From an uncultured delta proteobacterium (GTDB lineage: Bacteria; Desulfobacterota; Desulfobacteria; Desulfobacterales; Desulfosalsimonadaceae): a stretch of 64,000 nt of DNA. Positions within the stretch are counted from its first letter, which is position 1. The number at the start of each line of letters is the position of its first letter. The notes under the pieces are model-generated. The model ran no database searches and was not told the DNA's origin. It saw only the letters and a program-made list of their open reading frames with translations. This document shows, piece after piece, positions 10,113 to 19,058 of the stretch. The stretch covers positions 288,001 to 352,000 of the forward strand of contig CAWGYD010000001.1 of the NCBI GenBank assembly GCA_963826785.1. The letters are read 5' to 3'. The position numbers were made by a program, and so were the translations under genes.

Positions 10113-10436
10113 GTGGCGGATTATTGTATTCATATTATGTTGGATGACCAAAAGATTCAAAAGATTACCAGTGCAGGCCTTGCCGGGGACATCACGGAAG
10201 TCGACGGCAAAAAGATGATCCGGGTCAAGGTGTCCGACAAGGAGCAGAAAAAGCTGGCCAAAGGATTCCCGGACATGGTGTTTGACGCCGGCAATGCATG
10301 CGTTCTTCCCGAGGCGGCGGAAAATACCGTTTTTGATTTCATCTGCGACATGAAAACCGTCGATGTCATGAAATTTGCCATTATGAAAATTTACAATCCA
10401 CTGGCCGGCAAGGCACCCCGATCCGCCCAGAGATAA
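10113..10436 (+). CDS. Hypothetical protein (107 aa)
   Basis: Strong RBS AGGAGG before GTG, protein-like composition, followed by a terminator. Confidence 0.75.
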   Translation: MADYCIHIMLDDQKIQKITSAGLAGDITEVDGKKMIRVKVSDKEQKKLAKGFPDMVFDAGNACVLPEAAENTVFDFICDMKTVDVMKFAIMKIYNPLAGKAPRSAQR

Positions 10437-10485
10437 GCCGCATATCACCTGCAAATCCACCCGGGTCGCAGGCCGAAAAAACCCC

Positions 10486-10526
10486 AAAGGGGGATACTCC
10501 ACGTTCGGAAGTATCCCCCTTTTTTT
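10486..10526 (+). terminator. Rho-independent terminator between convergent genes
   Basis: AAAGGGGGATACT...AGTATCCCCCTTT stem followed by a T-run. Confidence 0.85.
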
Positions 10527-10636
10527 ATTGGATGGGTCCGTGCTGGGGTGGCCGGGCGTTCGCTGGGCCTTTGGTATCCCGACGGCAGTTCGCGCGCGGC
10601 AGGCATTTGAAGACTCAAAAGGCGTTCCCGGGTTTC

Positions 10637-13084
10637 TTACTGCTCATTTTTTCCGGGGGTGTAAATTCCATATATTGCCTTGACTAATTCATCGGAAGAT
10701 TCACTTTTACTGACAAATGCCTCGGCCCCTGCCTTGCGCATCTTTCGGGCGGCATCCGCATCATCAAACATCGAAAGGCCGATCACCCGAATCTCGGGCA
10801 TTTCGGCCTTGATCAGCCGGGTTGATTCAATCCCGTCCATTCTGGGCATGGAAATGTCCATTACCACCAAATCCGGTCGGAGCTGGCGGGCCCTTTCCAG
10901 GGCCTCTTCCCCGTTGGCCGCTTCTCCCACCACCTCGATATCGGGAAGGTTTGTTACCAACCCTATCAGGCCCTGTCTAAGAACCTTGTGATCGTCAGCA
11001 AACAGCACTCTTATGATTTTGGAATCCGGAACGGCAGGTTGATTTTCGTGAAAATCAATCTGCCGTTCAACTGTTTGCAGGCGCCCTTCCGGTTTCCTGG
11101 CCTCGGGCAATCTGATGGGGATGGTGAGGGTAAACCGGCTGCCCTGCCCCGGAGCGCTCTCGATGACCATTTTCCCGCCTAAAGCATGGGTGCGCTCCTG
11201 CAGGCTTGTCAGACCCAGCCCGAGTTTGGGTATGGAGGCGTTCAGAATTTCAGGATCAAACCCCTTGCCATGATCCCGGACGCAGAGGGTAAGACTGAGA
11301 TCGGTGCCGTACAGGTAGACGCCGACACGCTTTACTCCGGCATATTTGACGCAGTTAAACAGAAGTTCCTGGGTGGCGTGGAAAAGAAATACCCGGAGAG
11401 CCGCATCTTCAATTGTCTGAGCGATTTCCGCATCCAGCTGAACCTTAAGGCCGAATTGTTCATCCATATGCCGAACCAGCCAGTTCAGTGCAGCGGCCAG
11501 GCCAAACTGATACAGCACCGGTGGGCTCAATTCGTGAGACAGGCGGCGGGATTTCTCAATCGAATCTCCCAGCAGTCGATCCACATTTTTCAATACGGGG
11601 ATCGGGTCTTCCTTTTGAATGGCGGACTGCACCTGCATCCGGGCGCTGGCGATCATCTGCTGAAGATCATCATGCAAGAGATCGGCAATCCGCCGGCGTT
11701 CGCGTTCTTCTGCCTCAATCAGGTCCACCGCCAGTTTTTGAAGCTGTTTCGCGCGTGCTTCGGCAAGGCCGGTGCGCTCCGCCACCTGGTGTTCCAGGGT
11801 TTCGTTGAGCCGAAGCAGTTTTTCCTCGGCCCGCTTGCGGTCGGTAATATCCATTACCGTAAATGTTGAACTGCTGAATTGATCATCCTGATCAAACGGG
11901 GTCGAACTGACCAGTACATCAATGACCCGGCCGTCCTTGCGCTTCAAACGGGTTTCGACGAAGCCGACTCCGCGTTTTGCAATCTGCCGTTTTTTCTCGC
12001 TGCCGACATATTCATATTCATCATCGGATAGATAGACCATTCGTACATCTTTACCGATGAGTTCATCTGTGGCATACCCCGTGATTTCGCAAACCTGGTC
12101 GTTCACCTCCACAAAAATCCGATTGTTCAAAACGCCGATGCCGATGGGCGCCCCCTGGAAAATGCTTCTGTTCTTAGCCTCGCTTTCCCGGAGTGTTTCT
12201 TCTGCTGTCTTGCGTTCGGTGATGTCATGAATGATGGAGAGCAGCAGCGCTTGGCCATCCATGAAAAATGGGGCCGTGTGCACCTCTACATCGCGGATCC
12301 GGCCATCAGAAAGGCGGTGCTTGAAGAAGAACCGCCGGCGTTCCTGAGCCTGGGCCAATTGGATGACCAGATGAATCTGATCGGCCGGGAGCATATTGAT
12401 ATCCGAAACCTTCAGGCCGGTGATTTCTTCCCGCGTATAACCGTAATATTCGCATGCCGCATCATTGGCATTGACGATCTTTTCCGTCACCGGATCAATC
12501 AACAGCATGATTGCATGGTTGTTGTAAAAAAGGCTCCGGTATCGCTTTTCACTTTCCCGCAGGGCGTCTTCCCATTTCTTGCGCTCGGTGATATCCAGAA
12601 CGGTAAAAGTGGCACCCGCCGTAAGATCGTTTAAATCCAGGGGCGCTGACCCCATAAGGACATCGATGATCCTGCCGTCCTTGCATTTTAACCGGGTTTC
12701 CACGGTCCCCGTTCCCTTTTTGGCGATCTGGCGATATTTTTCACTGCCCACATATTGAAACTCTTTTTCAGAGGGGTAGAGCATCCGTGCATTTTTTCCG
12801 GTGAGTTCATCCCTGGAATAACCGGTGATTTCGCAGAATTTGTCATTCACATCCAGAATCGTCCGGTTGCTCACCAGGCCGATTCCGATGGGCGCTGCCC
12901 TGCATATGCTGCTTGTCACCTCATGATTATCCTGCAGCAGATGCTGGTCGAACTCCCGGACGGCGGCATCGGCTGCGCTTTTTGATTTTTCAGCGGCGAG
13001 TTGGGCGCGGATTTGGACCAATTCCGCCATCAGCTGTTCCCGGGATTTTTCGCCATCAATAGGGTATTTTGGACCGTTAACCAC
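10637..13084 (-). CDS. Hybrid sensor histidine kinase (3x PAS, HisKA_3, HATPase, C-terminal REC)
   Basis: Three PAS/PAC repeats ending DITE/DRK; H-box [21 protein letters not shown] and GLGL boxes; receiver VLFADDH...[12 protein letters not shown]. Confidence 0.93.
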   Translation of the reverse strand: MVNGPKYPIDGEKSREQLMAELVQIRAQLAAEKSKSAADAAVREFDQHLLQDNHEVTSSICRAAPIGIGLVSNRTILDVNDKFCEITGYSRDELTGKNARMLYPSEKEFQYVGSEKYRQIAKKGTGTVETRLKCKDGRIIDVLMGSAPLDLNDLTAGATFTVLDITERKKWEDALRESEKRYRSLFYNNHAIMLLIDPVTEKIVNANDAACEYYGYTREEITGLKVSDINMLPADQIHLVIQLAQAQERRRFFFKHRLSDGRIRDVEVHTAPFFMDGQALLLSIIHDITERKTAEETLRESEAKNRSIFQGAPIGIGVLNNRIFVEVNDQVCEITGYATDELIGKDVRMVYLSDDEYEYVGSEKKRQIAKRGVGFVETRLKRKDGRVIDVLVSSTPFDQDDQFSSSTFTVMDITDRKRAEEKLLRLNETLEHQVAERTGLAEARAKQLQKLAVDLIEAEERERRRIADLLHDDLQQMIASARMQVQSAIQKEDPIPVLKNVDRLLGDSIEKSRRLSHELSPPVLYQFGLAAALNWLVRHMDEQFGLKVQLDAEIAQTIEDAALRVFLFHATQELLFNCVKYAGVKRVGVYLYGTDLSLTLCVRDHGKGFDPEILNASIPKLGLGLTSLQERTHALGGKMVIESAPGQGSRFTLTIPIRLPEARKPEGRLQTVERQIDFHENQPAVPDSKIIRVLFADDHKVLRQGLIGLVTNLPDIEVVGEAANGEEALERARQLRPDLVVMDISMPRMDGIESTRLIKAEMPEIRVIGLSMFDDADAARKMRKAGAEAFVSKSESSDELVKAIYGIYTPGKNEQ

Positions 13085-13268
13085 TTTTCACCTTTATACT
13101 TCGTCATCTGACTGAAAATATAAATTATATGGGTTAAAGCAATCTTTCAAGAATTATAAAACAGGATAGTTCAGGTCTGATCTGTTAATTTTTGTTCGAA
13201 TGGTCAATTGATGATTGAATTGAATGCAGACTTGACGGGAGTTGAGAGATAGGGCGGTCAACATGTAT

Positions 13269-13296
13269 TTGACATATAAATTTATCTTGTTATGAT
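13269..13296 (+). promoter_or_regulatory. Sigma70 promoter for the riboswitch-controlled operon
   Basis: TTGACA (13269-13274), 16-nt spacer, TGn-TATGAT (13291-13296), just upstream of the aptamer. Confidence 0.7.
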
Positions 13297-13301
13297 AAAT
13301 T

Positions 13302-13405
13302 TAGTGAAAAAGCCAAACCAATTGTGAAATTGGGGCGGAAAGTCTCGGGTCTTTTGGGCAGTGATATTCCTTCATTCCTGTTAAAAGATGGCCGGACTGC
13401 CATTT
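13302..13405 (+). ncRNA. c-di-GMP-I (GEMM-I) riboswitch aptamer
   Basis: GAAAAAGCCAAACC-AATT-GTGA-AATT-GGGGCGGAAAG (P2, GYRA loop); P3 GTCTCGGGTCTTTT...AAAAGATGGCCGGAC; TGCC. Matches the GEMM-I layout with G at the G20-equivalent position (13312). Confidence 0.88.
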
Positions 13406-13431
13406 CTTCAAGGGTAGTCCGGCTTTTTTTT
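13391..13431 (+). terminator. Intrinsic terminator forming the riboswitch expression platform
   Basis: GCCGGACTGCC pairs with GGTAGTCCGGC, followed by T8; its 5' arm is the aptamer's 3' strand. Confidence 0.85.
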
Positions 13432-13594
13432 GTTCTTTATACTGACTTGGGAACCACTTTCTCTCCTTCTATCCTTCTCCTGATTCAAACATCGATCCCC
13501 GAAATTCCCAGGTCGTTTAAATCTCAGTTTCAAACCGTTTTATCGGGTCCGCGGGGGACATTTTTCTTCATCTATAATGTAAAGGAGGACCATC

Positions 13595-14926
13595 ATGAAT
13601 GCGAACCGTTTATTGAAAAGCAGGGATTTTGCCGGGTTTATTATTGTGCTTGCCACTCTTATTGTGGCCATGAGCGGACCGGCCTGTGCAGGTCAAGCCG
13701 ATCTTCTCGTGTATTTTGATGGCCACATGCACACGATTCGCTCAGATGGTTCCGGCAATGTCAGTGATATCAAGGCCACTGCCCTCAGCAGGGGACTGAG
13801 TGCGGTCATTGTCACAGATCACTGCCCTCAGTTGACAAAGGAAGAATGGGATTCGCTGATCGCTGAAACCGCGGCTGTCTCGGATGAGACTTTTCTGGCG
13901 CTTCCCGGCTTTGAGATTACCGGCAGCGATGGTCTGCTGAACCGGACCCATGTCCTTGCCTGGGGAGTCAACAGTCCGTTTGTGGACCCGGACGCGGAAC
14001 TCAGCCCCGATGAAATTTGGATTTCCCCACCCAACCCGGCGGGTACCGGCCCGGTATATCCCGAAAATATTACCAAGTGGGTCGACTACATCCATTCTAA
14101 AGGCGGCATTGCTATACATAATCACACCACCGGTTCCACCCGCCTTGATTACGGCGTCAACTGCATCGAACTTTACAACCAAAGCCATGTCGAAGATGTC
14201 ATCAGCTATGCCAACATGCTGGGCATCTTCGGTCAGGAGGCCTGGCAATTCGGGATGACGCTCAACAATTTCGCCATTTACGGCGAGCGTGACGCGAACA
14301 TGATCGTTGCGCTTCCCGGTTTCCCCCCCATGCCCCTGAGAAACGCTTTGTACTATGCAACTCAGGGCTTTACCGGGGTCGGTCAGTGGGTCGGGGCCCC
14401 CGAAGCGCCTTTGAACTCTTGGGACGATCTGCTGATGGCATATGTCAACGGCGAAATCGATCATCCGATTTTCGGCATGGCCGACAGCGACGCCCACAAT
14501 ACAGGGGCTTCGGATTCGAATGTCGGCATCGCTAAAAATGGTTTGTATGTCAAAGCGCTGACCCCGAAAGAATTTTACAAGGCGGTTAAGGCCGGCAGGA
14601 GCTTTGCGACAACAGGGCCTTCCCTGAATTTTGAAGTAAATGGTGAAAAGATGGGAGATACCGCGTTCATAACAAAGGGCGCCGCTGTTCTTGACATGTC
14701 CGTCAATTCCGATGACTCCGCAGCGTTGCTGGTCAAGATCGAGATTTATAAAAACGGCCAGAGTTGGAAGACATTCAGCCCCATGGCGCCAGCCTGTGAA
14801 AACACCATTTTCGATGAAGAGGTGAGCGCCAACGGTTATTACCGCATCGAGGTAACTGCATTTAATACCATCAATGCGGAATATACGTTTGCCTGGTCAA
14901 ACCCGGTTTTTATCGAGACAGACTGA
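13595..14926 (+). CDS. Exported PHP-domain metallohydrolase (CehA/McbA-like)
   Basis: Signal peptide; GHMHTIRSDG, VTDH, GFE, HNH, DSDAH metal motifs; RBS AAGGAGG. Confidence 0.85.
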   Translation: MNANRLLKSRDFAGFIIVLATLIVAMSGPACAGQADLLVYFDGHMHTIRSDGSGNVSDIKATALSRGLSAVIVTDHCPQLTKEEWDSLIAETAAVSDETFLALPGFEITGSDGLLNRTHVLAWGVNSPFVDPDAELSPDEIWISPPNPAGTGPVYPENITKWVDYIHSKGGIAIHNHTTGSTRLDYGVNCIELYNQSHVEDVISYANMLGIFGQEAWQFGMTLNNFAIYGERDANMIVALPGFPPMPLRNALYYATQGFTGVGQWVGAPEAPLNSWDDLLMAYVNGEIDHPIFGMADSDAHNTGASDSNVGIAKNGLYVKALTPKEFYKAVKAGRSFATTGPSLNFEVNGEKMGDTAFITKGAAVLDMSVNSDDSAALLVKIEIYKNGQSWKTFSPMAPACENTIFDEEVSANGYYRIEVTAFNTINAEYTFAWSNPVFIETD

Positions 14927-14952
14927 ATCCATTACTCAAAGGAGGGCGGCAA

Positions 14953-16335
14953 ATGAAAAGAGCATTATATATTATCGGCATTCTGGTGCTTATGGTTACG
15001 GGCTTTGCTTCTTCATCCACGGGGGGCGGGATCGTCGTCCCACAGCCGGATCACGGATTGCGGCCGATGATCTTTGTCCACGGCTATTCGGGTTCCGGGG
15101 CGCAATTCGGGTCTCAGGCGATGCGGTTTTCCAGCAATTTCTATCCGGCCGAATACATATTTGCATACGACTACGATTCCACATTTACCGTAAACACGAT
15201 GGATGACGTATTCGCCGGTATCGATGCGCTGGTCGCTGCCGTAAAGGAAAAGACCGGGTTTGACCGTGTCGACATTCTCGGGCATTCCCTTGGAACCACG
15301 ATACTGCAGGGATACCTGGCCTATCCCGATCGCGCGGCAAATATCGCCCACTATGTGAATATTGACGGCCGCACAGCGCCAGCGCCTCCGGGAGGCGTCC
15401 CCACTTTGGCGATATGGGCGGGATATGGCCTCCCTGGTCGTGAAATCGTCGGGGCAACCAACGTCACAATTCCCGGTCAGACCCATGTTCAAGTGGCCAC
15501 TTCGGCGCAATCGTTTGTCGAGATGTACCGGTTTTTCACCGGGAATGAGCCGATGATCAGCGATATCATCCCCGATCCTCCGGATGAGGTCAGGCTTGCC
15601 GGAAGGGTGGTCTACTATCCGCTAAATATCGGGCTGCCGAATGCGAGATTGGAGATCTGGAAGGTCGATGCCGCTACCGGCGCAAGGTTCAAAAAGAAGC
15701 CGATGGTGAACTGCGCGCTTGGTTTTGATGGATCATTTGGCCCCATCGAGGTAACTGGAGGAGAGTCTTATGAGTTTGCCGTCATACAGGAGGGCGACGC
15801 AGCCTACACCCACCATTTCTATTTCGAGCCGTTTATCCGGAGTGATCATCTGATCCGCCTGCTCTCGTCACCTCGGGGCCAGGGCGTCAGTGCCCTGCTG
15901 GATACCGGTGACAACCACAGCAATGTGATTCTCCAGAGATATAAGGAATTATGGGGTGATCAGGGCGCCCAGAATGATGCGGTATTCATAAACGGCGTTG
16001 ATGTGGTGAATGCCGCCACCTGCCCGGTTAACCAGCTGATCAACGCAATGCTTGTTTTTGACAAAGGGGTGGATGGGGTGAGCGACATCAGTATGATGCT
16101 CTCCCCCTTCGATACGCTTATGTTCCTGAGCGGCGTTGACCTCTATATCCCCGGCGCTAACCCTCCGGATGATACCATACAGATTTTGTCGATTCCACGG
16201 GGTGATTACAATCACCCCCAGGTCGTTAATGCCGCCAACTGGGCGTCTTCCGATGACACGATATCGATCATGCTAAATGATTATGTTCAGGATATAAAAT
16301 CCTTCCCCGAGTGGGCCCGGCAGCAGGGGCAGTAA
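14953..16335 (+). CDS. Secreted alpha/beta-hydrolase (lipase, Archaeoglobus AFL-like)
   Basis: Signal peptide; IFVHGYSGSGAQFGSQAMRF, nucleophile GHSLG, THVQVATS; extended C-terminal domain. Confidence 0.85.
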   Translation: MKRALYIIGILVLMVTGFASSSTGGGIVVPQPDHGLRPMIFVHGYSGSGAQFGSQAMRFSSNFYPAEYIFAYDYDSTFTVNTMDDVFAGIDALVAAVKEKTGFDRVDILGHSLGTTILQGYLAYPDRAANIAHYVNIDGRTAPAPPGGVPTLAIWAGYGLPGREIVGATNVTIPGQTHVQVATSAQSFVEMYRFFTGNEPMISDIIPDPPDEVRLAGRVVYYPLNIGLPNARLEIWKVDAATGARFKKKPMVNCALGFDGSFGPIEVTGGESYEFAVIQEGDAAYTHHFYFEPFIRSDHLIRLLSSPRGQGVSALLDTGDNHSNVILQRYKELWGDQGAQNDAVFINGVDVVNAATCPVNQLINAMLVFDKGVDGVSDISMMLSPFDTLMFLSGVDLYIPGANPPDDTIQILSIPRGDYNHPQVVNAANWASSDDTISIMLNDYVQDIKSFPEWARQQGQ

Positions 16336-16528
16336 GGCCCGGAACAGATCCGGATAAGATGACAATCGCGAATAGGGCATTGATACTGGATTTGTGAGGA
16401 GTCTTCTTCCGGCTTCAATACACCGGGTATGCTTTTGAAGGAGACCATAGGCGTCACACCCTGGTCCGTGATCAAATCTTTTACAGATTTTTTTGATCAT
16501 CATAGATCAGGGCGTGAGCCTCCATTTA

Positions 16529-18686
16529 TTAATTCAACCCGGCAAACGCATGGCAATCCCCGCATTCATGGCTGATGCCGGCCGGGGTGGTATCGGTTAT
16601 GCCCCGGGCCGATGCCATGGCATTGACGGATTCTGTGGCCATGGCATCGAATGTGTGGGCGCTGATATCGCCATGCCGGTATTGGCCCAACTGGGTGGTC
16701 AGGGCATCATGCCAGTCGGCCGATCGGGCGGTTTTGGGCATGTGGCAGAGAATGCATTTTCCCATCCCCGTTCCTTCGGGATCATAGGGCGCCATCTGCT
16801 GGCTGCCGGTTTTATCAAACAGATGCGCCTCGACATCGCTTGCGATAACTGAAGTGTCCTGGGCCGTGGCTTTTTTATTTTTCAGCCGGGTGATGGTCCC
16901 TTCTTCGATATTCGGAAAAACCCGGCCGGGGCCGGAATGGCAGCCAAGGCAGGCGGCATTATTCTCCGCGCTGTATGTCAGCATGTGCGCATTTTCCGAA
17001 CCATGTGCGTCGTGGCAGCTCATGCAGGTTAAAAGCTGACTTGGGTTTTTAAATTTTGCCGTGCGAACCAGATCCGGGTAATGCTGCTGATGGTCTTTTG
17101 AATGGTTGACCACCGCACCAAAGAGCGTATCCATCCAGCTCGCCTCGGGATCTGTCTCGAAATTTGCCGGTTCGAGATACCCCTGGCCGGTGAGGGAGGC
17201 GATCTCCATGGTCCCGAAGGGGGCGATGTTTTTGCCCGTTTCATCCCCTGTTCCGAAAAACCGGGCGGGGCTCATGCCGGGGAGAAAGGTTTCATAGTTT
17301 CCCCGCCCGTCTGCCATCAAGGGGACTCCCCCCCCGATGTCCGTGTAATTTTGTCCCCTGATATGGCAGGTCCCGCAGATCATGTTCAATCTGCCCGGGG
17401 GAAGCTTTGACGGGGAGATGATCATGCGCCCCTTTCCTCCCGCGGCCAGATGGTTGGACCCGGGTCCGTGACATTTTTCGCAGCCGACATTGATTTCAGA
17501 TCGGGTGCCGTCAATGTCGTACCCGTTGTCGTCCTTCGGATACACGGCTGTTTTTCTTTGCGCCGACGGGTTCGAGATGGATGGTTTTGATATGGGTGGC
17601 GCCATGGCAGGCCGCGCAGGCCAGATCAAAGGAGAAAAGCTCCGGGTCTGCCGTAAAGCCGTTGTTCTCCGTTCCGGAAAAATCCCATTGTTCGGCATGG
17701 TAGGTGACGAATTTTTCACCGTTGATCGAATCCGGGTCCTCGTTGTACTGGATGGGGGCCATCACATAGTATGCGTAATCGGTGCCGGCCCTCCCGTGAT
17801 CCGGGGCATATGTCCCGTCACCGGCATATACCGTGGTCATGAAAAGTCCGCGCCAGAGGCCCGTCTCGCCCCCGTAGCTGTATTTGATGTAAAATCGGGG
17901 ACTGGTGTCTGAGGTCAGCTGAAAATACAGACCATCGGCATCTTTTCCCAGCCAGAAGGATTTTTCGGCATCGTCGGCAAACGTGTACGGTGTGGCCGGA
18001 TCGGTAAAGTGGCTCAGCATTTCATCATTGTTGGCGGATAAATCGTAGACGGATGCATCGTCTAAATCCATGGCATCATTGGTAACGGTGCCTGACGGCC
18101 CGATTTTTCGAATGCCCGTAAAATGAAGCGTGTGTTTTATCGATGCTTTCTGCGGGTGACAGATCAGGCAGACCGTGCTGCCGACGTAAGCGGCATCGGT
18201 GCCGCTGGTGTCTGAGAGGATGATGTCCTTTTTAATCGCGGATTTTCCCAGGACAAGGCTCGCCCCCGATGCATCTCCGCCCGGAAGCAGATCATTAGAT
18301 TTTGCCGGCGGATCGACAAAGAGGAAATAGGCGTCGTTTGCGGGATAAGCACCGGAAAAATCATCGGGTGTAAATTGATAATATCCATTTGCATCGGTGA
18401 CAGCGGAAGGATATCCATTGTCTGCTTTGGCCAGATCCTCGACGGGGGAAACGGAATCGGCTGTCTCGATATCAGCGGCGTCGACCAGGACCACCGTGGC
18501 CCCGGCAATCGCCCGGCGGGCTGCATCCTCATCGGGATGGTTGTTTATCACCCTGCCGGAAAGAACGGCATTTTTGGCAACAGGGGGATTTTCGCTGTCT
18601 GACCCACCGCCACCGCCCCCGCTGCATCCGGCGGTCAACAGGACGGCAAAAGCCGCCGCTGCGGCCATCATGATTGATGTTTTCAT
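16529..18686 (-). CDS. Multiheme (8 CxxCH) cytochrome c lipoprotein; one frameshift near 17550-17590
   Basis: Lipobox LTAGC + Gly run; CLICH, CAACH in ORF 17511-18710; CEKCH, CGTCH, CMSCH, CLGCH, CILCH, CGDCH in ORF 16529-17719. Removing one base (e.g. from the A5 run at 17551-17555) joins them. Confidence 0.82.
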
Positions 18687-18788
18687 AAATCTTGCTGAAT
18701 CTGGTTTCAAAATTTCTTTTCTTCCTGGTTATTTGGATAACTCCAGTAAATTGGCAATTATACTCTCTTTGAAATCGGGGCACAAAAG

Positions 18789-18888
18789 TCCCCCTTTGGA
18801 AAAGGGGGATTTAGGGGGATTTCAATGAATTTTGACGCACCGAAATTTTAAATCCCCCCCGGCCCCCCCTTTTGACGAAAGGGGGGAG
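18789..18888. repeat. Inverted pair of REP-like GC palindromes
   Basis: TCCCCCTTTGGAAAAGGGGGATTTAGGGGGATTT (18789-18822) and inverted relative AAATCCCCCCCGGCCCCCCCTTTTGACGAAAGGGGGGAG (18850-18888). Confidence 0.7.
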
Positions 18889-18986
18889 AAAATAAAAAAA
18901 CAAAAATGCTGCTGGAGTTTAATGGATAAGCAGATTTTTCTTTTATATCACATGATGCTTGAAAAATCATTGAATGCTGAAAAGAC

Positions 18987-19016
18987 AAAAAGCCCCCGCC
19001 GGAGCGGGGGCTTTTT
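18987..19016 (-). terminator. Rho-independent terminator downstream of the decaheme cytochrome
   Basis: AAAAAGCCCCCGC-CGGA-GCGGGGGCTTTTT, perfect stem with A/T tails on both sides. Confidence 0.88.
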
Positions 19017-19058
19017 GATCTATCGGACAGGGCTGTTAAGCGGCCTTATCCTTGAGGG

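Noticed and set aside
13302..13405. cGAMP-specific (GEMM-Ib) riboswitch
   Set aside because: The specificity position is G, not A, so c-di-GMP is the default call; promiscuity cannot be excluded.
13324..13719. 131-aa ORF in the leader region
   Set aside because: Runs through the riboswitch and terminator and overlaps the PHP gene out of frame.
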